Below, piece after piece: positions 37,929-47,156 of a stretch of 64,000 bases of DNA (its first letter is position 1; each line of letters begins with the position of its first letter). The stretch lies in NCBI GenBank assembly GCA_947458545.1, contig CANGYH010000003.1:101809-165808 (forward strand), read 5' to 3'. The notes beneath the pieces were generated by a model. That model was not told the DNA's origin and made no database searches. It worked only from the letters and a program-made list of their open reading frames with translations. Source of the stretch: Cytophagaceae bacterium. GTDB lineage: Bacteria > Bacteroidota > Bacteroidia > Cytophagales > Flexibacteraceae. The position numbers were made by a program, and so were the translations under genes.

Positions 37929-38243
37929 TTAGATTGATTTCCACCCCACTTTTGGCAACAATCTAAACTGGCTTAGCTCGCTTTCTAGCACATAGCAATG
38001 TTGACTAATCTTAATAAAGGTTCGTCGTGTTGTAAAATCTATTTCTGTAGGTTCGGGTACATCTTCTTCGCGCTCACAGGTAATGTAATTATACTTAATA
38101 TCGGTATTATCTAAATATGCCTCTAATTTAATCATATCAGAGGTGTAGTTTGGGTTATCAACTGTTCCAACTTGTTTGTAAAAGCTCATAGTCCTAACAC
38201 CATTGCGATAGCGCCTTATTCCGAACTTTTTTATCGTATTCAT
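37929..38243 (-). CDS. Orphan small hypothetical protein in an AT-rich islet
   Basis: 104-codon ORF in AT-rich DNA, convergent with 37033..37746. No recognisable motif. Confidence 0.4.
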   Translation of the reverse strand: MNTIKKFGIRRYRNGVRTMSFYKQVGTVDNPNYTSDMIKLEAYLDNTDIKYNYITCEREEDVPEPTEIDFTTRRTFIKISQHCYVLESELSQFRLLPKVGWKSI

Positions 38244-38282
38244 ATATCAAATATACTGCTTTCTAGGCAATAATATATCCTT

Positions 38283-38336
38283 GCTATCCTTAGACTCCCG
38301 TCCAAGGATGCCCTACCAGGCCGACTCCCGTCGGCC
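38283..38336 (-). repeat. REP double-hairpin unit, inverted orientation, downstream of the RAYT gene
   Basis: gctatccttagactcccgtccaaggatgccctaccaggccgactcccgtcggcc is the reverse complement of the unit found at 38983 and 39070. Confidence 0.9.
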
Positions 38337-38350
38337 GATCTCCCCAACAC

Positions 38351-38938
38351 TCAATCAAGGAGGGTAACAGGTACCAAGCCAGGCAAGGCGGTCATGTAAT
38401 CACGGGCAGAGCTATAGCGCCAATGCCAGGCCACATCCACGTAGCCGGCCCTCACGGGGTTGTCGTGGATGTAGGCGAGCTTCTGCTCCGTAAATGACCT
38501 TGAATACGCATGGACGGCATGGTTTTCTTGCTGCCAGAATTGATAGTCGCCATTGCGGTTGTTGCGCTGCCCTTGCCAGCTAAAAGCATGCAAAAACGCG
38601 CGGGCGCGGCTTTCGTTCACCGTTTTGTCTCGCAACATATCCAGGATAGAGCGTGAGGTAAACTTCTTGAAGTCTCGGATAATAGCGCCCATCTCAAACC
38701 CAGTCGCTGCACTCGATAGTATATGCAGGTGGTTGGTCATCATTACCCAGGCGTTGAGATTCAAGCCCTTCTTCTGGGTGCAGAACGTAAGGCTGTCCAT
38801 TACAGTCTGAGCAAATTCAGGCCTCGTAAAAACATCGAGCCAGTCCACCACCGTGAGGGTCAGAAAATGGATTTCCTGGCCCGGCATAAATGCATAGGGT
38901 TTTGGATGGGGATTTTCCATGGCCGTAAAGTATGGCAA
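38351..38938 (-). CDS. REP-associated tyrosine transposase (RAYT; IS200/IS605 Y1 HUH family)
   Basis: HUH motif in MMTNHLHILS and a catalytic-Tyr region YIHDNPVRAGYV, about 190 aa. It is flanked on both sides by inverted REP units. The start may be the internal Met (MENPH). Confidence 0.85.
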   Translation of the reverse strand: MPYFTAMENPHPKPYAFMPGQEIHFLTLTVVDWLDVFTRPEFAQTVMDSLTFCTQKKGLNLNAWVMMTNHLHILSSAATGFEMGAIIRDFKKFTSRSILDMLRDKTVNESRARAFLHAFSWQGQRNNRNGDYQFWQQENHAVHAYSRSFTEQKLAYIHDNPVRAGYVDVAWHWRYSSARDYMTALPGLVPVTLLD

Positions 38939-38982
38939 TGGAAGGATGCTGGGGAAATAGGCGCATCGTTACTTCGTTAATT

Positions 38983-39036
38983 GGCCGACAGGAGTCGGCC
39001 TGGCAAGGCATCCTTAGACGGGAGTCTAAGGATAGC
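38983..39036 (+). repeat. REP double-hairpin unit upstream of the RAYT gene (copy 1 of 2 in tandem)
   Basis: ggccgacaggagtcggcc-tggcaaggca-tccttagacgggagtctaaggatagc. Confidence 0.9.
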
Positions 39037-39069
39037 GGTGGATGACGTTAGTTAATCTAGGGGTATATC

Positions 39070-39123
39070 GGCCGACAGGAGTCGGCCTTGCAAGGCATCC
39101 TTAGACTGGACTCTAAGGATAGC
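39070..39123 (+). repeat. REP double-hairpin unit (copy 2 of 2 in tandem)
   Basis: ggccgacaggagtcggcc-ttgcaaggca-tccttagactggactctaaggatagc. Confidence 0.9.
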
Positions 39124-39141
39124 TCCAGTGGAGGATGTGGT

Positions 39142-39924
39142 ATGGCCCTTCTTCGCCCCCCAACACCACCCACCTCGCCTGCGTACCTTAGCCCCATGGC
39201 CCCGCCCCTACCTACGGCCCATGCGCATGGGCACCACCACCCCCATACCGAGCAACACCTGACCAGCTCCGCCCTGCTGCAAGACATTGTGATTGGCCTG
39301 TCTGACGGGCTCACGGTGCCCTTTGCCTTGGCGGCGGGCCTGAGTGGGGCGGTGGCCAGTACGCAGCTCGTCATCACGGCGGGGCTGGCCGAGGTGGTGG
39401 CCGGCTCTATCGCCATGGGGCTGGGAGGCTACCTGGCCGGCCGCACTGAGGTGGAGCACTACGACGCCGAACTGGCCCGCGAGCACCGCGAAGTAAAAGA
39501 ACTGCCCGACCGTGAGCGTGAGGAAGTCCGCGAGCTGGTGGAGGCCATGGGCCTATCGCCCGAGACGCAGCAACGCGTGGTAGACGAGCTGGTGCAAGAC
39601 GAGGAGCAGTGGGTCAAGTTCATGATGAAGTACGAGCTTGGTCTAGAGAAGCCAGACCCGCGCCAGGCCAGCAAGAGCGCGGCCACCATCAGCCTGGCTT
39701 ATGCCGTGGGCGGCCTCATACCGCTCAGCGCCTACATGTTTGTAGATACACCCCAGCAGGGCCTGATTATTTCAGCCATCATCACGCTGCTGTGTCTTCT
39801 GGTGTTTGGCTACTTTAAAAGCAGGCAGACGGGCCAACCACCTATTGCGGGGGCTTTCCGCATGGCGGGCATCGGGGCGCTGGCGGCTGCGGCGGCCTAT
39901 CTGGTGGCGCGGCAGTTTGCCTAG
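39142..39924 (+). CDS. VIT1/CCC1 family iron/manganese transporter
   Basis: LQDIVIGLSDGLTVPFALAAGLSGAV..., an acidic central cytoplasmic helix region (EREEVRELVEAMG) and C-terminal TM helices. The start is set at ATG 39142 because the track start 39088 lies inside the REP unit. Confidence 0.75.
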   Translation: MALLRPPTPPTSPAYLSPMAPPLPTAHAHGHHHPHTEQHLTSSALLQDIVIGLSDGLTVPFALAAGLSGAVASTQLVITAGLAEVVAGSIAMGLGGYLAGRTEVEHYDAELAREHREVKELPDREREEVRELVEAMGLSPETQQRVVDELVQDEEQWVKFMMKYELGLEKPDPRQASKSAATISLAYAVGGLIPLSAYMFVDTPQQGLIISAIITLLCLLVFGYFKSRQTGQPPIAGAFRMAGIGALAAAAAYLVARQFA

Positions 39925-39960
39925 GGCAGATGGCAGGCGGTGGCCTAACTTCGCAAGCGT

Positions 39961-40878
39961 ATGAGACCGTTGCTGCAGGGCTCAGGCGTGGCGCTGGTTA
40001 CGCCTTTCCACGCCGATTTATCCATAGACTGGGCCGCGTTTGATCGTCTGCTGGCGCACACGGGGCCAGGGTCAGACTTTGCCGTCATCGCAGGCACCAC
40101 GGGCGAGTCTGCAACCCTGCGCCATGGCGAAAAGCACGCCCTGCTGCAGGCAGCCCGCCGCCATACGGCCTGGGCCGGCAAACCGCTGGTGCTAGGCCTG
40201 GGTGGCAACGATACAGAAGCTCTGCTGGCAGAGATAGCCGAAACCGACTTTGCAGGCGTGTCTGCCATACTCTCTGTAACGCCCTACTATAACAAGCCCA
40301 GCATCCGGGGCTTGGTGCAGCACTACCAGATGCTGGCCGACGCGGCACCGGTGCCTGTCATTATATATAATGTACCTGGGCGCACGGGTGTTAACCTGGG
40401 TGCCGCTGCGGTAGAAGAGCTGGCCCAGCACCCCAACATCGCAGGCCTCAAAGAGGCATCGGCAGACCTGATGCAGTGGCAGCACCAAGCTTTGCGCGTA
40501 CCGCAAGACTTCTGCCTGCTGGCAGGCGACGATGGCCTGGCACCGGCCATGCTGGCCCTTGGCGGCTGCGGCGTCATCGGGGTGATGCCCAACGTGGTGC
40601 CGGGGCTGTTTGGGCAGATGGTGCGTGCCGCCCGCGCGGGCCACATTGCCGAGGCCTTTGCCTTGCACCGCAGCTACCTGAAGCCCAACCTGAACGACGC
40701 CCTCTATGCCGAAGGCAACCCCGTCGGCATCAAAGCCGCGCTGGAGGCGGCTGGCATCTGCCACGCCACCGTGCGCCCCCCGCTGGCCGAGGCCTCTGCA
40801 GGGCTAAAGGCCACCCTGGCCCAAATGTTAGAAGAAGTGAACATGCAGGCCCAGGCCTTGGAGGCCCTGGCTGGCTAG
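39961..40878 (+). CDS. dapA: 4-hydroxy-tetrahydrodipicolinate synthase
   Basis: GSGVALVTPF...GTTGESATL...YNVPGRTGVNL...IAGLKEAS (active-site Lys region). Confidence 0.85.
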   Translation: MRPLLQGSGVALVTPFHADLSIDWAAFDRLLAHTGPGSDFAVIAGTTGESATLRHGEKHALLQAARRHTAWAGKPLVLGLGGNDTEALLAEIAETDFAGVSAILSVTPYYNKPSIRGLVQHYQMLADAAPVPVIIYNVPGRTGVNLGAAAVEELAQHPNIAGLKEASADLMQWQHQALRVPQDFCLLAGDDGLAPAMLALGGCGVIGVMPNVVPGLFGQMVRAARAGHIAEAFALHRSYLKPNLNDALYAEGNPVGIKAALEAAGICHATVRPPLAEASAGLKATLAQMLEEVNMQAQALEALAG

Positions 40879-40901
40879 CCATACCTTTGGCACATACACC
40901 T

Positions 40902-41411
40902 ATGATAAAGAACCTGTTTGCCGCTCTGAGCTTGGCCTTGCTGGCCTGCGCCCCCGCCCTGGCCCAAGACAAAGCCGACAAAGGCAGAACCGTGCCCCAC
41001 GTTACCGTGCAAGACATGGCAGGCAAGTCGGCCGACTTTAGCTCTTTTGTGAACACCGAGGGCCCGACCGTCATCAGCTTCTGGGCCACCTGGTGCAAGC
41101 CCTGCATCCAAGAGCTAACCGCCTTCGAGGATCATTACACAGATCTCGTAAAAGAGAAGAAACTCCGCCTGCTGGCCGTTTCTGTAGATGATGCCCGCAG
41201 CCAGGGCAGGGTAGGGCCCTTCGTGGCAAGCCGAGGCTGGGCCTACCAGGTATTGCTAGATCCCAACCAAGACCTTAAGCGCGCCATGAGCGTCGTCAAC
41301 GTGCCCCACACCTTTCTGCTAGACAAAGAGGGCCGCATCGTCTGGCAACACAACAGCTACAACCCCGGCGACGAAGACGAGCTCGCCGAGCAGGTACGCA
41401 AGCTCAACTAA
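40902..41411 (+). CDS. TlpA-family thiol-disulfide oxidoreductase (thioredoxin fold)
   Basis: Signal peptide MIKNLFAALSLALLACAPALA and the redox motif FWATWCKPC. The track ORF 40476..41411 is an in-frame upstream extension that overlaps dapA. Confidence 0.8.
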   Translation: MIKNLFAALSLALLACAPALAQDKADKGRTVPHVTVQDMAGKSADFSSFVNTEGPTVISFWATWCKPCIQELTAFEDHYTDLVKEKKLRLLAVSVDDARSQGRVGPFVASRGWAYQVLLDPNQDLKRAMSVVNVPHTFLLDKEGRIVWQHNSYNPGDEDELAEQVRKLN

Positions 41412-41739
41412 GCCAGGGGTAGCCGCAGCGTTGCATCTATGGTGCCCGTTTTTTGCGGATTCACACCGGTTTCGTAGTAGCTTTTTGGTTAATAAACCTG
41501 AAGCTGAGGCCTTTCGGCAACGCCGGGCTTTCATCCTGGCACAAGCCTTGCTACATTTGGGTAGTAGGGAAGTTCGGCCCGCCCTGGGCCAGCCAACCTG
41601 CCGGGTCGGCAACTTTTGCAATGGCGCCAGCGTTCTGCTTACGGGCAGGCAAAGGCGCTGGATCTCAAGTATCTAAGGCTGGCCTGTAGCTGCCCTCGCA
41701 CCCTCCGATCAAGCAAACAAGCACCTCAACTTTTCACCT

Positions 41740-43371
41740 ATGCGCACCACCCGCACCTTCGCTGCCCTGGCTACGCTGACAGCGCTGGCCAGTTGCTCTA
41801 GCCATCGCCAGGCCCAACTGGCCGGCTCAGACGACCTGTACGGAGGCTCTAGCCGGGCCGTCCGCACCACCACCGTTACCACAACCACCACTACAGACTA
41901 TGTGTCTGCCCCTTACACGGGCGGCTACGGCAACAGCCAGGTGGTAGGCCAACCCGGGCAGCCTCAGCAGGGTGCACCGGCGCAGCAGCAGCCCGACTAT
42001 TACCAGCAGCCCCAACCCGGCAACGGCAGTGCCTACACCCAGCAGGGCACCGGTGGCACCACCTACGTTACCAACAACTACTTTGGCAACGGAGGCTTTG
42101 CCAACGGCATCAATTACATGAGCCCGCTTGGGTTTTACAGGCCCTGGTTCCGCCCCGGTTTCAGTATCGGTTTTGGCTATAGCAGCTGGGGTGGGTTCAG
42201 CCCTATGGTAAGCTATGGACTGGCCTCGCCCTTCATGTTCGACCCTTTCTGGAGCACACCCGCGCTATACAATCCCTACATGTGCGGATTTGGCATGGGC
42301 CCGCGCTTCGGGTGGGATCCTTTCTGGGGCCCGGCTTACAATCCGTTTTTTGCCAGTCCGTTTGCGTTTAACCCCTACTTTAACCCCTACATGGGTTATG
42401 CCTATGGCTTTGGCTATAACTGGGGTTACAACCCTTATTGGGGTGGCGGTTTCTGGGGTGGCAACGGCTGGGGCAATCCGTACTGGGGCGGCAATGGCTG
42501 GGGCGGCCAACCCGGCGGCATCATAGACAATAGACCCCGGCAGGCACCCATCGTGCCCACGGTGGTGCGCGGGCCCATCCAGCGCTCGGGCTCCAGCTAT
42601 CCTTCTGCCCCCAATGTGGCCGGGCGCCCGCTGCCTGCTGCTATTACAGGCCAGCGGCCTACCGTACCCGGCGGTGTCGGTGTCATCAGCCGATACCCAG
42701 GCCAAAACAGCGGCCGCCCCGGTGGGCGCGTCGGCGAGGGCGAGCCTGCACTGGCCCCCAACCCAAGGACGGGCGCTACCATGGACGGCCGGCCTATGCC
42801 CGGCAACGTGGCAGCACAGCCTACCTACACCACCCGCCCGGCAGACCGTATGAGCGGCAATACCATGCCGTCTGCGCCGGTGTACACCAACCCTGCCCCT
42901 GCCACCATGCAGGGCCGTACCTACACCAACCCCGCTCCGCAGCCTGCCTTGGGCGGCAACGGCGCCCCCACCATGAGCGGCCGCAGCTTTAATAACGCAG
43001 CGCCACCGCCCCAGCCCAACGCCGGGCGCGAGGGCTTCTACAACCGCCCGTCGGCCCCAGCGCCAGACGTGTACGTAAACCCGGCACCCAACCGCAACTT
43101 TTACTCGGCTCCGCAGCCCCCTCCTACCTTCTCAGAGAGTGGCCGGAGCATGAGCGGTGGCAGCTTCCGCCAAGAGCCTGCACCTAGCTACAACAGCCAG
43201 CCAGCCCGCAATTGGGACGGTGGCAGCTTCCGCAACAACAGCAGTGGCTGGGGTGGCGGCCGTAGCGGCGGCAGCTTCGGCGGCGGTAGCGGTGGTGGCA
43301 GCTTCGGCGGCGGTGGTGGTGGAGGAGGCGGTAGCTTCGGCGGCGGTGGCCGTAGTGGCGGGCCTCGCTAA
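41740..43371 (+). CDS. Low-complexity lipoprotein (aromatic/Gly/Pro/Asn-rich, C-terminal GGSF(G/R) repeats)
   Basis: Lipobox MRTTRTFAALATLTALASC. A ~150 aa region is dominated by G, F, Y, W, N and P (e.g. FNPYFNPYMGYAYGFGYNWGYNPYWGGGFWGGNGWGNPYWGGNGWGG). It is followed by a Pro-rich region with TYTNPAP-type repeats and then five GGSF(R/G) repeats. Confidence 0.65.
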   Translation: MRTTRTFAALATLTALASCSSHRQAQLAGSDDLYGGSSRAVRTTTVTTTTTTDYVSAPYTGGYGNSQVVGQPGQPQQGAPAQQQPDYYQQPQPGNGSAYTQQGTGGTTYVTNNYFGNGGFANGINYMSPLGFYRPWFRPGFSIGFGYSSWGGFSPMVSYGLASPFMFDPFWSTPALYNPYMCGFGMGPRFGWDPFWGPAYNPFFASPFAFNPYFNPYMGYAYGFGYNWGYNPYWGGGFWGGNGWGNPYWGGNGWGGQPGGIIDNRPRQAPIVPTVVRGPIQRSGSSYPSAPNVAGRPLPAAITGQRPTVPGGVGVISRYPGQNSGRPGGRVGEGEPALAPNPRTGATMDGRPMPGNVAAQPTYTTRPADRMSGNTMPSAPVYTNPAPATMQGRTYTNPAPQPALGGNGAPTMSGRSFNNAAPPPQPNAGREGFYNRPSAPAPDVYVNPAPNRNFYSAPQPPPTFSESGRSMSGGSFRQEPAPSYNSQPARNWDGGSFRNNSSGWGGGRSGGSFGGGSGGGSFGGGGGGGGGSFGGGGRSGGPR

Positions 43372-43539
43372 GCGCCCTTCGCTTAAGAAACCTAATTCTG
43401 ACACTCAAACTTTTAAGCGGCAGCGTTCTGCGACGCCTGCATGGCCCTCACAAGGCCTGCACGTGCAACCCTGCCGCTTTTTTTGCGTCCATCCCTAACT
43501 TGGCCGCCGTCCCTGGCGGCAACCTGAAACGATAGACCT

Positions 43540-45189
43540 ATGAGGCGTTCCATCTTCTTAGCAGCGGCTTGCCTGTGCGGCTCCCTGGCATGGGGCCAAA
43601 CCGTTAACACCAACGTCGGCGGCTTTGGCCTCTGGCAAGACGTGCTCCAGTACTCCGACTTGTACAGCAGCAGCACCGCCCGGATGAACGGCATATCTGG
43701 TGCCCAGGCAGGCCTGGGCGCAGACGCAGGGAGCGCTGCCACCAACCCCGCAGGCCTGGCCCTGATGCGCCGCTCTGAGTTTACCTTCTCTCCTGCGCTG
43801 ATTGCCACCAATACACGCAACACCACCCGGGGCTACGACACCACCGGGCGCGGCTCCAACTTCCACATCGGGCAGATGGGCCTGGTGATTGCCAGCCCTA
43901 CTTCAGACGCTGTGGCGGGCCGCTTGCGCGGGCAAACGTTTGCCATCACCCTCTCGCGCATCAACCACTTCAACAACCTGCGCCCCTTCTCTACAGGGGC
44001 CGATGGGGTACCTAACCGCACGGGTAATATCATCCAGCCCAACAGCCTGGTAGATTATTATCTGGGCCTGGCAGGCCAAACCTTTGCCGCCAACGACCCC
44101 AACGCCAGTAACCGCGCCGCCGAGGTATTAAACACCAGCATCATAAACAACCAGGGCATGACACAGCCCGAGTTTGAGGTGCGCTCCGGCTTTTCGCAGT
44201 TCCTCATAGATGCAGGCACAGATCAAAACGGCAACATCAATTTCTTTAGCAACGTACCCACGGGGCGTATCCGGCAGTCGGGCCGCATCCTCGACCGAGG
44301 CTACCAAAACCAGGTTGACTTCGCCTACGGCATCAACCTCGACGACAGAACCATGCTAGGCGGCAGCCTGGCCATACCCTACCTCAACCACACCAGAGAC
44401 ATCCTCTACCAAGAGCGCCTCCTGGCCGTGGACAGCGTGCAGAACGCCTACGCCCGCCAGTACGAGGGCTTCTCGCTGCAACGGCGCGAGACGTTTCGCT
44501 CCTCGGGGGTAGGGTTCAATGCCAAATTCGGGGTGCTGCACGCCTTGAGCGACAACGTCCGCTTCGGGGCCAGTATCCAGACGCCCAGTTGGTACAGGGT
44601 CAATACCGAGTACTCCTTCTCGCTAGACGCCAACTTCGTAGGCAATGGAGGCCGCCCCATTTATTACAGCGACTTCGGAACCGACTCCGCCTTCCAGCCT
44701 CTGACGGCTGCCCCCCGCGAGGCCATCTACCGCATCGTCAGAGACCGCTACAGCATGCGCACCCCCGGCAATCTCACGGCCGGCCTCACCTTTCTTGATA
44801 GTAAGTACGGGTTCTTGAGCATACAGGCCACGGCCCTACAATACGGCAGAGCCCGCCTCGGCGGCGATGCCTATCAAGCCGACAACGACTTTCTGCGCGC
44901 CAACGTCCACAACTTTACAACCCAGCTCAGGCTCGGCGGAGAGGCCCTGCTTGGCCCACTCTTCCGTGCACGGGCAGGTTTGGCCTGGTTGCAAAACCCC
45001 TTCAAAGGGGCGGGCGACACCTGGACCTACTCTGTCGGCGGCGGGGCCCGTTTCCGCACCTGGTACCTCGATGCGTCCGTCAACGTTTTCCAGCGCAGGC
45101 AGAACTATCAGGTCTTTACCTTCGCCCAAAACACCGGTAGCTTAAGCAACAACGTGCTCACCCAAATCACGCTGGGTAGCGCGTTCTGA
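43540..45189 (+). CDS. Outer-membrane beta-barrel protein (FadL/PorV-like superfamily)
   Basis: Signal peptide, the early motif ARMNGISGAQAGLGADAGSAATNPAGLA typical of FadL/PorV-like barrels, alternating beta pattern and a C-terminal ...ITLGSAF aromatic terminus. Confidence 0.55.
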   Translation: MRRSIFLAAACLCGSLAWGQTVNTNVGGFGLWQDVLQYSDLYSSSTARMNGISGAQAGLGADAGSAATNPAGLALMRRSEFTFSPALIATNTRNTTRGYDTTGRGSNFHIGQMGLVIASPTSDAVAGRLRGQTFAITLSRINHFNNLRPFSTGADGVPNRTGNIIQPNSLVDYYLGLAGQTFAANDPNASNRAAEVLNTSIINNQGMTQPEFEVRSGFSQFLIDAGTDQNGNINFFSNVPTGRIRQSGRILDRGYQNQVDFAYGINLDDRTMLGGSLAIPYLNHTRDILYQERLLAVDSVQNAYARQYEGFSLQRRETFRSSGVGFNAKFGVLHALSDNVRFGASIQTPSWYRVNTEYSFSLDANFVGNGGRPIYYSDFGTDSAFQPLTAAPREAIYRIVRDRYSMRTPGNLTAGLTFLDSKYGFLSIQATALQYGRARLGGDAYQADNDFLRANVHNFTTQLRLGGEALLGPLFRARAGLAWLQNPFKGAGDTWTYSVGGGARFRTWYLDASVNVFQRRQNYQVFTFAQNTGSLSNNVLTQITLGSAF

Positions 45190-45260
45190 GCGTAGGTAGC
45201 ATTGCTCGTCGGCTGGCACCGCCGTGGTATATCAAGGCTCGGCCCTGCAACTTTACAGGT

Positions 45261-47144
45261 ATGAAGCGAGACCTCCTTACCCGTGCTCTGGCCACGTTTG
45301 CCGCCGTTGCGCTTTCTATGGCCAGCGCCCAGGCCCAGCTTACCACCTATGAGTTCTCGCAGCGGGTGGGCGCATACACAGAGCTTGCCACAGACTCTGC
45401 CCTAGAGGCCGGTGCCCAGCCCGACGACCGCGTCTATAACGGCATTCCCATCGGGTTCGACTTTCTCTTTAACGGGCAGCGGCATCGGTTCATCTCCCTC
45501 AACAGCAACGGATTCATTGCCTTCGGGCCCACCGTTTCGGCCACGGGCATAGGTGCCGCCTACCTCTCCAACGCAACCGGAGACGGCCTGGCCCTGGCGG
45601 GTACGGGCAGCAACAACGTAGCCGCCGCCCTCAATGCAGACCTGCTCGCCATGCCCATCAGCCGCATTAGCCTTGCAAGGCTGGGCCAGGCACCCAACCG
45701 GCAACTGGTGCTGCAATGGAAAGACTACAGCTTCTTCCAAACTGGCCAGCTTGGAGACTCGCTCAACTTTCAGATCCGCCTGCATGAGGGCAGCAACACC
45801 ATCGAGTACGTCTATGGCCGTACGGGCCTGCGCGTTACAACCGGGCGCAATGTGCAAGTAGGCCTGCGTGGCACCAACGCCAACCTGGTGCGTGCTCGCA
45901 CGGCTGCCGCAGGCCAGGGTTGGCTCAATACCCTCGGTAGCATCGTTGCCAACAGCCGTGTGATGCTCTCGCGGGTAATGCAGCCGCCGGTGGGCCTGGC
46001 CTTTCGGTTTACCCCCCGGCCAGACTTGGCCGTGCGCAGGTTGCGCCCCTTTGTGCTGGATGCCTGCCGCCCCCAGCCCAACCAGACACTGCGCCTGACA
46101 GTGCGCAATGCCGGCTTCATCCCCGTAGATACCATCAGCGGCGAGGTGCGCCTCAACGGCAGCCGCGTAGATGCACAGTCCTTTATTGTCAGCCCCCCGC
46201 TGGTGGCCGGAGACTCTATAGACCTCATTTTTACGCAATTACTTAACCTGCCTGCAGGCAACAACGACCTTGTGCTGGTAGCCCGCGCTGCACAAGAGAA
46301 CCCCGCCCTCTCTGGCAACAACGACACCCTCCGCCAGGTGTCTCCCAATTTGCCTGCCATTGCCGCCTTGCCCTATGTGGAGCCCTTCACCTCTGCCACA
46401 ACCCTGCCCGACGGCTGGGTAGTGCAGCAGCTAAGTGGCACTGCAGGCTGGCAGATGGCCGGGCCCAACGTGGCAGTGGGTGCCACCACCTTCGGGGCGC
46501 CCCGCATTGCCACCCGAGGGGCCACGGGTGCGCTGTGGCTCAACAGCTTTCCAGCAAATGCCCGTTTCTCGCGCAGCCGTGCCATCAGCCCCTGCTTCGA
46601 CCTTAGCGCCATCAGCGGCGACACCCTCATCCTAGAAGCCAGCATGATGCGCACCAGCAACTATGCTTCCAACGTAGATAGCATCCGCGTAGAGGCCACC
46701 ACCGACGGCGGCATCACCTTCCGCCGTATCGGCACATGGAGCCGCTATCGCGCCTTTCCGGTGGCCACCCTGTGGGAGCCCATGCAAGTGAATGCCGTCG
46801 GCCTGCTGGGCCGGCCTGCCGTGCGTTTTGCCTTTTTAGGCATTGCCGCCGGGGGAGACAACCTAGCCTTAGACGGTCTGCAGCTACGCACCTCCAGCCG
46901 GCCCGCCGCCTTGCTACCCGGCAGCCCGGTGGCGTGGCGCGCCATCCCCCAGCCCGCCCACGGCCTGCTACGGCTAGAGGGCCTGCCCCCTGCCTGGCTA
47001 GGCACCCCGGCCCAGTTGATAGATGCGGCAGGCCGCCTAGTGGCCACCCCGGCCCTGCAGCCCACGCTAGACCTGACGGGCCTGGCCCCCGGCCTCTACC
47101 TGCTGCGCGCCCATGGGGCAACCCTCCGGCTGCTGGTACACTAA
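45261..47144 (+). CDS. Secreted protein with a T9SS C-terminal sorting domain
   Basis: Signal peptide MKRDLLTRALATFAAVALSMASAQA. The C-terminal ~70 aa ...LLRLEGLP...AQLIDAAGRLV...LDLTGLAPGLYLLRAHGATLRLLV resemble the type A Por secretion tail. Confidence 0.65.
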   Translation: MKRDLLTRALATFAAVALSMASAQAQLTTYEFSQRVGAYTELATDSALEAGAQPDDRVYNGIPIGFDFLFNGQRHRFISLNSNGFIAFGPTVSATGIGAAYLSNATGDGLALAGTGSNNVAAALNADLLAMPISRISLARLGQAPNRQLVLQWKDYSFFQTGQLGDSLNFQIRLHEGSNTIEYVYGRTGLRVTTGRNVQVGLRGTNANLVRARTAAAGQGWLNTLGSIVANSRVMLSRVMQPPVGLAFRFTPRPDLAVRRLRPFVLDACRPQPNQTLRLTVRNAGFIPVDTISGEVRLNGSRVDAQSFIVSPPLVAGDSIDLIFTQLLNLPAGNNDLVLVARAAQENPALSGNNDTLRQVSPNLPAIAALPYVEPFTSATTLPDGWVVQQLSGTAGWQMAGPNVAVGATTFGAPRIATRGATGALWLNSFPANARFSRSRAISPCFDLSAISGDTLILEASMMRTSNYASNVDSIRVEATTDGGITFRRIGTWSRYRAFPVATLWEPMQVNAVGLLGRPAVRFAFLGIAAGGDNLALDGLQLRTSSRPAALLPGSPVAWRAIPQPAHGLLRLEGLPPAWLGTPAQLIDAAGRLVATPALQPTLDLTGLAPGLYLLRAHGATLRLLVH

Positions 47145-47156
47145 GCCGGGCAACGG

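Noticed and set aside
40476-40901. N-terminal 142-codon extension of the TlpA-like ORF
   Set aside because: It overlaps dapA in another frame. A good signal peptide begins at ATG 40902, and the extension is Arg/Pro/Gly-rich off-frame sequence.
41412-41739. 328-nt intergenic region before the low-complexity lipoprotein as a possible ncRNA or riboswitch
   Set aside because: I could see only weak, short complementary segments, with no recognisable conserved RNA motif (SRP, RNase P, 6S, known riboswitch cores). It remains unannotated.
43132-43498. Overlapping ORFs on both strands at the 3' end of the low-complexity gene
   Set aside because: They are generated by the GGC/GGT/AGC repeat DNA that encodes the GGSFGG tail, and they read as poly-Ala/Thr/Val artefacts.
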